DNA of 64,000 bases, taken from the NCBI GenBank assembly GCA_043228905.1, contig JBHGNT010000022.1, positions 9,052,001-9,116,000 on the forward strand, given 5' to 3'. Positions 38,801-48,900 of this stretch are shown here, piece after piece (position 1 is the stretch's first letter; every line of letters begins with the position of its first letter). A program made the position numbers and the translations under genes. The notes beneath the pieces are model-generated. The model was not told where the DNA came from. It saw only the letters and a list, made by a program, of their open reading frames with translations, and ran no database searches. The DNA comes from Azolla caroliniana (lineage: Eukaryota > Plantae > Polypodiophyta).

Positions 38801-41800
38801 TCTGACTGTTGCGTCCCTCTCTTCTACCGGGCACCCCTTGATCAGAATGTCGTCTAGAAATGGCATGGTGATGTCCGGGATGCAATCCCTCAGTACCTTG
38901 TTCATTGCATTCACCATGTGGGCCACCGAGTTGGTCTCTCCTTGTGGCAGGGTACACATTCGCACCAGGCCGAGGGGAGTTCGCATCGTCGTAATGTCTC
39001 TGCTCTCCACGGCTAGTTGGAACTGGTCGTACCCCGAGTACAGATCACCAACCGAGTAAATCGACCTTCCGGCGAAGGCCTCAGCGAACTCGTCTATGGT
39101 CGGTCCGATTCCTGCGTTCCGAATGGTCACTCTGTTGACCGGCTGCAGGTCCTAAATGAAGCGCAATGTTCCGTTTTTCTTTGGTACGGTAAACCATCGG
39201 TTCGAGTATGGCGCGCTCGACGATTCGAGAATACCCATATCGACTTTCTGCCTCAGTAGCTCCATCAACTCCGGGATGTGAGCTCTTGGTACCGGAATCG
39301 GCTTGAGATTCCACGGCACATGCGGTACCGTGAATATCACCATCGGCTCCACGATTGTCGGGTCTACGCACCCGATCTCTTCCGGCGAGAATGCGAAGGC
39401 TTTCCCGTGCCTTCCGAGCATTCTCCGAAACCGGTCTTCCTCCGCCGGCAGTAGGAACCCGCCCCCACCGATCTTGAGCTCCCGGAGCGTCCCGTCGGTG
39501 AAGGTGTGTCCTATGCAGGCCGGATCTCGAAAACTGGGGTCCGACGCCACCCCTCTGATTCGGGACTCGCTGCCCTCCGGCAAGGGTGCCGCGACTGGCC
39601 TTACCTTCCGGTCCACAGTCTTGTACTTCGTGCTAACTCGGGCCGTCCGATCCGACCCGAGCCCCCGACTGAAGCTCGCGATGACTTTGTACATCTCTTC
39701 GGAACATACCGGTATCGTCCGGTCTTCGTTAAGGTCTTCTCCGGCTACCTTCCTCAGCATTCCCAAGGTGTCGTCGAAGGAGACCGCCTCCACGGCTCCG
39801 CTGATTTCCTCGTCCGGGCCGAGAACTCCGCACGCTCGAAGTCGCACTTCCGCCCTTGTTTTTTCTCGGCCGACGATGCCGACTATCATACACCCTCCGT
39901 TGTTGGAGAAGCAAAATTTCCTACCTATCGTACAGTCGTGGGGTCTTTTCCGAGTGTCCGGGCTGTCTCGGCCCCACGCCTTGGCAGCCCTCTTTAAAAA
40001 TCCTCCCGGTTTCTCTCGTGGTTCGGCCGCACCATCAGAAATTGCACCGAATGGCGCCCGTCCTGGCTTTTGACCCTCGCGTAGGCCGAACCGTTGTCCA
40101 GCACCTTGGTCTCCATTCTCGCCGCCGTGATGTATGGTTCCCCTAATATGACCAGATGCGAGGACGTCTCCTGTACGAAGAAGTGCTGGTCAATCTCGAC
40201 GTCGCCGATCTTTACTCGCACATTCGGGCAGGCCCCGTGCAGTTCCTCGGTGGCGCGCGTCGCCGCCCATATCTTCCACCCGTGCCTGGTGTTGATCGGC
40301 CACTTTCCCTTCTTATAGAAGTCCATGGACATTAGGTTTATTTCCGAACCACGGTCCACCAACGCCACCACCGGTTCCTGCACATCTCCGATCTTTACCG
40401 GGGTCTCCGTGGTCGCTCGGGCCCAGTGTGGCCTCGAATAGTGGCTCTCCGCCCACTCATCTGCCAACGCCGAGTCGTCGATGTGCGTCGTCCGCACCTC
40501 CACCGGTCTTTCTGGTTCCGTCTCCATCGACAGCCTCTTCCGTTTCACCAAGTCTACAATGGAGTCGTGGAACTCCTTCTTGGCGATCCCTAGCACCTCC
40601 CGCAATGACAGCTCCACTTTGCTGTCGAGGATCCGTTCTTCTAGGACCTTTCGTAGGTCCGTAGTCCTTTCTATTTCCGTCCCCAGTCGGTATCCGCCCT
40701 TCCTGGGGTTATCTTGCGAGCCGGACCCACCGGCATCGTTCCGTCGTTGCCCGAATCGGGTCTCGTACCATTGTGAGGGCCCGGCCACTCCGGCTTTCCC
40801 CACTCGTTTGTCTTCTACCAAAGCCTCGTAGTTCCGGCAGGCGGCTTCTACAAAGCCCGTCTTCTCCTCGACCGGATCGCTCCACCCGGTTATTTCCCGG
40901 ACCCGTCTCTCAGCGCGGTCCGTTTCGTCTTTCCTTAGTCGTGCGCCGGCAAGACCTTCCAGCATTGCCGACCAGAATCCGTCTTTGCCCTCCTTTCGGG
41001 CCTCGCCGCCCCCGACCCGAATGCCGGCCGACGCCGAGTAGTGGATGGCCTCCACGTGTCGGGCCGCTGCCTCTTCCATCAGTCTCTTCATACCTCCTCG
41101 TCCGTCGTTTTGGTTTAGGGCCCTTCTGGTGTTGCCGGCGTGCACCCGGCCTTCCCACAGGTACACCACCCGGTTCCTCAACGTCGGAGCCCTCGCGTGC
41201 GCTCAATATCCGATCCACGGCCGAAGCCATGGCCTCCGCAAGATCCGACCCTTTCATCTTTTGCTCGTTTGCCGCCTCCTTCATGTCGGGTTCACCAAAG
41301 ATGTCGAGGTATTCCTCGCGGATGCGTGGAATGAGGCGGGACCTCGGGGGTCTTGTACCGAAGAGCAAGAGAGAAAGGAGAAGAGACCCACTACGTGCGA
41401 GAGTAAATTCACAGGGACACGGCCCTTCGACACAGAGACGCGAGTGGGACAGCGACATAGAGAGACACGAATGTATGTATGTATTAACAAAGACAAACAA
41501 CAAAACACGAAGTCGGTTACAACCGAACAGGCCGGCGAACAGATGCCGATACCTGTTCGTAAACGCACAGAAAGGAAGGAGTAGGTTGGAGGTGCTGCCG
41601 GAAGCACTCGGGCATTCCTCAGAGCAGCGCGAGCCTCCCGAAACCTGCACAGAAGGAAGCTATGGAGTTTGCGAACCAGAGAGAGAGAAGCCTTCGCACA
41701 CAAACCGACAGCACTTCGTCCTCGACCCTCCGCGATTCCCTCGCCCCTCCTCGTCTCCCTCCTTTTATAGGCAAGGAAGGAGCCGTTTCCCCTTTACTTC

Positions 41801-41921
41801 CTACCTACCGAATCTGCCTGCCTAGGATCTCCTATGTACAACATAAGGCGCACGTGCATGAAGAGCCGGTTCCTACGCTCCGGTGCACCGATTCCGCTTG
41901 TGGACGGTTTTCTTCACGACA
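35841..41921 (-). mobile_element. Ty3/gypsy element H inserted in the C 3' LTR; pol nearly intact, gag internally deleted
   Basis: LTRs 35841-36456 and 41302-41921; TSD acgt/acgt; PPT 36457-36470; Trp PBS ~41279-41297. 866-aa RT-RH-INT ORF 36530-39130; PR ORF 39994-41181. Confidence 0.93.
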
Positions 41922-41983
41922 ACGTGTGAACACACCTTTTGAGAATCTATGATTACTCAAAGGTCAAGAGTCACACCACTACT

Positions 41984-42623
41984 TGTCGAGAAATTGTTGC
42001 GGAATATAAATCACAATGAAGGAAACTACGCGCTGAAATACGAATCACACCAAATGCCAGAAAGACAAGATAAACAGATGTACACAGAGATTACGTGGAC
42101 ACCCTAAAATGGGGAAAACCATGGGAACAGATTTCTTCAGTATACAAATAGTGGATATACACCACATAGGGCTCTTCGCGTCTGCTGCTACTCACACAGC
42201 TATGGCGCGGCTCACGCTTCTCTCTCTCACGCTCTCTCACTCGTTCTCTTCTATACACAACAACCTCTGCACACGCATAAAGTTTGCCCTAGTTGTATAT
42301 ATACTCACACAACTTTCCGGCTATTTACATACGTAGCCCTCATGGGGCGCACACTTAGACTATTTACAATTATAGTCTCCCGAGTTGGCTATATTTACTC
42401 ATCAACTCGGCTCCTCTCTCTTTCCTATCTGGAGGGACTTGTTTGCACACATCATCATCACTATTATTACTATAATAATAAGAGTCGAATCTTCAAACAG
42501 TCAACTCACTGTTTTCGACTCTTCGATTGTCGGCTTTCCGGACAGTCGGATCTTCCTTGTCATCGACTGTCGGCCTTCCGATCAGTCGGTTCTTCCTCCC
42601 ACTGGAGGGACATATTCCCAACA
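41984..42623 (-). repeat. Copia-type solo LTR I inserted in the C 3' LTR
   Basis: TG...CA termini with a perfect 5-bp TSD ctact/ctact. Minus start tgttgggaatatgtccctccag resembles D-family LTRs. Confidence 0.85.
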
Positions 42624-42740
42624 CTACTCTCTACACAGTAACTATCTGTCATAGAATCATATTCTATGATACATAACTAATGAGTTACATATTCCCCATG
42701 ACTATGAGCCTTCACATTCTCCAAGAGAGAGAGTGGTGGT

Positions 42741-42910
42741 CACAACCGAGTCTTAGGATCAACCACAGAAAGATGGGAATAGGGAGAAATACATGTATAT
42801 GCACACACACTGTGAACAAGAGAGTACACAAGATGTTAACATGGAAAACCCTAAGAGGGAAAAACCACGGGAGCCCACAGACTCCAAACTATCACAATGT
42901 CAAAGAATAC
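42741..42910 (-). repeat. Inverted fragment of a D-family LTR (U5 part)
   Basis: cacaaccgagtcttaggatcaaccacagaaagatggg... is the reverse complement of D 5' LTR ~8365-8535. Confidence 0.8.
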
Positions 42911-45900
42911 AATAGTGATAGTAAGAAAAGGCCAAATATGTTATTTCTTACTATTTACGCATAGGTATAAAAACTAATAGAAATGAGGGTTTCTTGTGCA
43001 CCCAAAAAGTTTTGTATTTTTCCTCTGTCTGTGTGCTATTCGACATTTTCTCTGCAAGTAAGGAAAAACAAAAGCTCGTCTGTCTCCATCGTTCTTCTCC
43101 AACAATGGTATCAGAGCTTGGACCTCGTGAGATTGTGTGTGGCAGCAAGCATCCGACCTTTCTGCGTTTCCCCCCTCTGCACATGCTATTTTTTCAAGAC
43201 CTCGACAAAGGTAATATCTAGTACGCTTCTCATCTGAACATTTCCTTTTTGTGTGCCAATCTTTTGGGGAAAAAAAAATAGACCTTTGGTGAAAGCTAGA
43301 AACAAAGAAGACTCACTGTTTCTAGCATACAAAGTGAGAATTTACAAGTAAAAGAACTTGTATTTGGTTTTCCCGATGCTTGATCACTTGATGTCACTTG
43401 ATGTGAGTTTCTGACGTTGAAGTTACGTCTTAGTTGCAGTCCTTTTGCCTTGGCTGATATAAGAGAGAGGTGTTGTCCGCAATCGAACACAAACACCTAC
43501 CCTAGAACACAGTTTGAGTCTAGGTAGTGAGTAGTGTCTCAACTATTGTTAGTTGCTTATATTTGGGATTGACCAAGTTTACCTAGCATCCAAATGGCTG
43601 CCTCTGAAATGTCTGAGGTTTCAAGTACCTCACGCGGTGGTTCATTCAACTCCCATAGAAATCACTCTATGGGTGGAAAAGACCACCTTGAGATCCGTAA
43701 ATTTGACGGATCCAACTTTGCCCTGTGGAAGAATCAGATGAGAGATGTCCTGATTCAAAGAAGGCAATTAAGAGCTATAAGTGGTGAAGCCAAGAGACCC
43801 GAGGGCATGACCAAGGAAGATTGGGAAGAGCTTGATCTCTTGGCAATGTCTACCATAAGGCTGCACCTAGCTGACAACGTGTATTTCACGGTCTTGGACT
43901 GTGACTCAGCTGAAAAGCTATGGACTAAACGATCCAGTACATACGAAAAAGAGACCGCATCAAACAAAGTTTATCTAATGAGAAAACTTTATGATCTTCG
44001 AATGAAGGACAACGACAGTGTCGCCTCTCATTTGAATGATTTTGATGCATTATGGTCACAATTACTGGCTCAGAAAATGATTTTTGATGATGAGCTGAAA
44101 TGTGTATTTTTGTTATGCACTTTGCCTAGCTCATGGAACACTTTTTGCACCGCTATTAGTGCAAGTGCACCAAATGGGAAATTAGTCTATAATGACATAT
44201 GTGGAGCTCTTTTGGGTGAAGAAATTCGTAGAAAATTTGTGATTGCATCACACAATGGAGATGCATATAATGTTTCTGATGTTGGTCCTTGCAAGAACCA
44301 ACACCGTGGTAGGAGCCAAACAAGAAATAGTAGTGGAAATGATAGAGGTAGAAGCAAATCTAGGAAGAAAAATATGGAGTGTTATTACTGTCATAAAAAG
44401 GGACACCTTAAGAAAGATTGTTATGCCCTAAAAAATAAGGAGAAAGATAATGCTAGAGGGCATGGTAGACAATCTAGTGGTCCTTCTTCCTCGGTGGAAA
44501 TAGAGGAAGTAAATGCAACATGTGATGAGACAGACATCTTGGTCCTAGATGATGTTAGCACACATGCTGGGGTGAACACGGTCTTTTCCCCATCACATAC
44601 GTGGTTGTTGGACTCCGGTGCATCATTTCATGTGACTCCACATAGAGAGTGGTTCACATGTTATGAAGCCAAGTCACTTGGGAAAGTTCGACTTGGAGAC
44701 TCACATCAATGTGATGTGATTGGCATTGGAGATATCTCAATGCATTTTAGTGATGGTTCTCATCTAACCATTAAAGATGTACGCCATGTTCCTCAACTAA
44801 CTCGTAGTTTGATTTCCGTTGGTCAGCTTGATGACAACGGATATAAGGTGATGTTTGCTTCTCAATCCTTTCGTATAACGAAAGGAAATATGATTGTCGC
44901 AAAAGGGAACAAAGTTGGTTCCCTCTACCCTTTATTTGTTCATCAAAAGGAACACCTGTTGGCTGTCACAGAATAGCCAATGACGAGCATTTGGCATGGT
45001 CGTTTGGGCCACATGTCAAGAAATGGCATGGAAATCTTATCTCGTTATGGCCACTTACCTAAGTTGTCATTCTCTGATTTTGCCTTATGTGAGCATTGTC
45101 AGCATGGTAAGCAAACTAGAAGTGCACATAAGACCAATGTTAACTCATCCACTAAACCATTGGATCTTGTCCACACGGATGTTTGTGGACCTATGCCCAC
45201 AAGATCTTTGGGCGGTACACTATATTTTGTTACTTTCATTGATGATGCCACTAGGAAAGTTTGGGCTTATCCAATTAAGGGAAAGGATGATGTATACCCC
45301 ACTTTCAGAAAAAGGCTTAGTTCGGTTGAGTTGGAAAAGGACATAAAGCTAAAGGCCTTACGTTCAGACAATGGAGGTGAGTATACCTCTCATGAATTTG
45401 ATGACTTTTGCAAGTCTAGAGGCATTCGGAGAGAGTTTACAGCTCCTTACACCCCTGTCCAAAATGGTGTGGCTGAGAGGATGAACAGAACCATCCAGGA
45501 CAGAGTTGTCTCTATGCTACACCATGCAAACCTCTCGCAAGGTTTTTGGGCAGAAGCTGTTTTAACAGCAGTCCATGTGATTAACCTATCACCGAACATA
45601 ACCATAGGTCTAAAAGTGGCACAAGAGTTGTGGACAGGCAAGACACCTCATTATGCTCATCTTAGAGTTTTTGGATGCGAAGCATATGTACACATTCCAA
45701 AAACCTTAAGAAAGAAATTAGACTATAAATGCAGAAAATGTATATTTCTTGGTTACGGAATTGATGGGTAGTTTGGATATCGCTTATGGGATCCTGACAC
45801 ATGTATTGTGGTTAGAAGTAGTGATGTTGTTTTTTATGAGAACAAAATGCATAAACAAACCGTAAAGGAGGTAGAAGTGAGAAAGGTTGCATTTAAAGAT

Positions 45901-45913
45901 AGTACACCTTTTA
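42911..45913 (+). mobile_element. Ty1/copia element J, 5' half (LTR remnant to 43104, PBS 43106-43117, gag-PR-INT); RT/RH missing
   Basis: TGGTATCAGAGC PBS; ORF 43594-44976 with CYYCHKKGHLKKDC and WLLDSGASFH; integrase ORF 44980-45771. Confidence 0.88.
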
Positions 45914-48900
45914 TCACTACTCTACCCATATGTGTGTTCCATGAACACTTTTATACAAGTCCTCGAAGGACTGACCAAAGTACTGACCGTACTTCAATTC
46001 TCTTTAAGAGCTCCTACACTAACTCCCAAATATATTCCTCACGGAATATCTTTCCTAACGGCCTCCCGGTTTACGCACTCGGCCTAACCGATCGGTCCCA
46101 ACCGATCCGGTCCTCGGCTTCTTCAGCCGATCCGGCCGATGTTGAGCTTGTCTCTCAACACTCCCCCTCAAGCTCAACTTGAGGCTCTTCGGGATCTTCG
46201 GGCTCACAGCTCCGGTTCCACCTGGCTTCACGCCTCGCTCGCGCTCCACGGCATGTTTGACTCCGCGTGCTTCGACCCTTCCGGTCGGCTTGTCTGCTCA
46301 TGTGGCCCTTATCAGCTCTTCTGCTATTGCGGTGTTGACGCTTCTCCTGCTGCCTTTTCTTCCGCTTGGGCCTCGGTTGATTCAGCGTATCTGAATCAAC
46401 CATCCAAACCGACTCAGCTACCTCCGATCGGTTTTCGCTCTCGTCCGAGTTGGCTTTCTCCAACTCGTCTTCAGTCTTCTCGCCCTCGGTGGCGTCATCT
46501 TCCCCATGCGTGGTTGGCTTTGGCTCTCTCCTTCGGTTGCTCCCCTTCTGTCCGCTTCCGGACTTTTCCGCGGGTCCGCCCTCGGCTTCTTCAGCCAATC
46601 CGAAGTCGAACTCGACAACCGAGTCAACCGACTCGGTGTCGCGGAGGCCGTTCCTTTCCTGCTGCTTTGCTTGGTCGTTCGGAACTGTTCTCCCCCTCAA
46701 GTTCGGCACGTCAAGGTGACGCAACCCAAGCACACCTGAGAATTGCCGCAACTTGTCTAGACCAAGAGGCTTGGTGAAGATGTCGGCAGTCTGCCGATCC
46801 GTCGGAACGTACTGAAGTTCAACTTCACCGGAAAGGACACGCTCACGGACGAAATGGTAGTGCACCTCAATGTGCTTGGTCTATGCGTGGAAAACGGGGT
46901 TTTTCGCGAGTTGGATGTTGTTGAGGTTGTCGCAGTAGATCGTCGTTGGATCGGACACCTCCACCTGCAGATCCTTAAGTAGCCGCTTCAACCATATGGC
47001 TTCGCATGTCGCGACAGCCGCTCCTCGGTACACAGCTTCGGTGCTCGACAGTGCAACTGTCGACTGCTTCTTACTACTCCACGCGATCGTGGCAGTCCCG
47101 AGGGAGAACGCGTATCCGGACGTTGATCGACGATCGGCGGCGTTGCCAGCCCAATCAGCATCGGTGTAGCCGACTAACTGCGCGGCTGCACTGGTCCGAT
47201 ATAGCAGTCCGCGGTCCTTAGTGCCGCTTACGTACCGCAGTATGCGTTGCGCACACTGAAGGTGCTCCTCGGTAGGTCGCGCCATGAACTAACTGATCAC
47301 CCCGACTGGATAATTGAGGTCGGGTCGGGTGATGGTCAAGTATATGAGGCTTCCGACAATTTGTCGGAACCTCGTCGGGTTGCATACCTTTCCCGTATCG
47401 GGATGAAGCTTGATGGTTCTGTCCAGAAGAGTCGAGACGGACTTACAGTCAGCCATCCCGAGTTTGAAGAGCATACCCAGCACGTAATGACGTTGGCTGA
47501 TCAATATTCCTTTGGGGATACGGATCACTTCGATCCCGAGGAAGTAATGAAGGTCCCCCAAATCCTTCATGTCGAACGATGCTGCAAGCTGGAGCTTCAC
47601 GCGGTCGATTTCACCTAGGTCAGCGCCGGTGATGAGCAAGTCATCGACATATATTAGAATACTAACCGGTCCGAGTCGACCTTTCCGGATGAACAGGGAA
47701 GAGTCCGATTTTGACGTGACGAAGCCCATCCGACGCAGTTGTTGCGTGATCTTTGCGTTCCAGGCACGCGGGGCTTGCTTCAGTCCGTAAAGGGACTTCT
47801 TCAGTCGGCATACTGCCGAGGAGTTCGTTCCGGAGTGAAATCCGGGGGGTTGTGCCATGTACACTTGTTCCTCAAGGTCACCTTGCAGGAACGCATTCTT
47901 TACATCCATTTGATGTAGGTGCCACCCCTTGGCCGCGGCTACTGCAAGCATAACACGGACGGTCATCATTTTCGCGACCGGCGCAAATGTCTCATCGTAG
48001 TCGATGTCGTGTTTCTGCGCATAGCCCTTTGCCACTAGCCGAGCCTTGTACCGGTTGACCGAGCCATCGGTGTTGTACTTGACTTTGTACACCCACCTAC
48101 ACCCGATCGGTTTTACCCCTTTTGGAGCGTCAACCAGGCCCCAGGTCTCGTTCTCCGCCAATGCGTGCATCTCTTCCTCCATCGCGGCACGCCAATTCGC
48201 GTCTTTAGCCGCTTCTGAGTAGCTCTCTGGCTCACGCACTTCCGCTACACGGGTCATGTACGCATAATGATGCGCCATGTACTCGTTGTATCCGAACCGC
48301 AAAACAGGATTCTTCTGGCGGGTAGATCGGCGTAATCTCACATTAGCCGATGTTGAGGCCTTCTCGGTCGACGCGGACTTCACCTTCAAAGACCGGTCAC
48401 CGGTTCCCTCGGAGTCAGACTCGCGTCGGTCTGACTCGTTCCTATCCGTGCCGGAATCCGACACCTTCTTCTTCCCTTTCTCTTTGCGCGTAAGCCGTCT
48501 CCTCGGCTTCCTGCGCGGGGAATGCACGGCCGAGTCTCCAATACTCGCCGGCTCTTCATCGGACTGATCGTACCGACTCAGTCGTCCAATCGATCCAGTT
48601 AAACGGAGTGAAATCGGACTCTCTTCACGGGTCTCAATTTCGGGCTCATCCGTAGGCATCTCGGCCTTGCTAACCTCATCGTCAGAGCTCGGATTGGGGG
48701 CAGGGTTCGGAGTCGGGGGCAGGTACCAGAACGCAGACTCGTCAAACACAACGTCGCGGCTGACACGCGCTTATTTGGTGCGAGGGTTATAGCACTTATA
48801 ACCCTTCTGTTCGTCCGAGTAATCGACCAAGATGCATTTCTCGGCCTTTGCGTCCAGATTCCTCCTTTTCTCCTTCGGTATATGCACATACGCAATGCTA

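Larger units (their letters stand above)
7239..42740 (+). mobile_element. Ty1/copia element C (host of D, E, H and solo LTR I); segments 7239-8092, ~13598-15991, 34260-35840, 41922-41983, 42624-42740
   Basis: 5' LTR 7239-7698, PBS tggtatcagagc 7699-7710, gag from 7871, PR (WFVDSGASNHM), INT, then RT/RH resuming at 34260 (RKN|DTWDL). PPT 35795-35808. 3' LTR starts at 35809 and is split by H and I. Confidence 0.9.
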
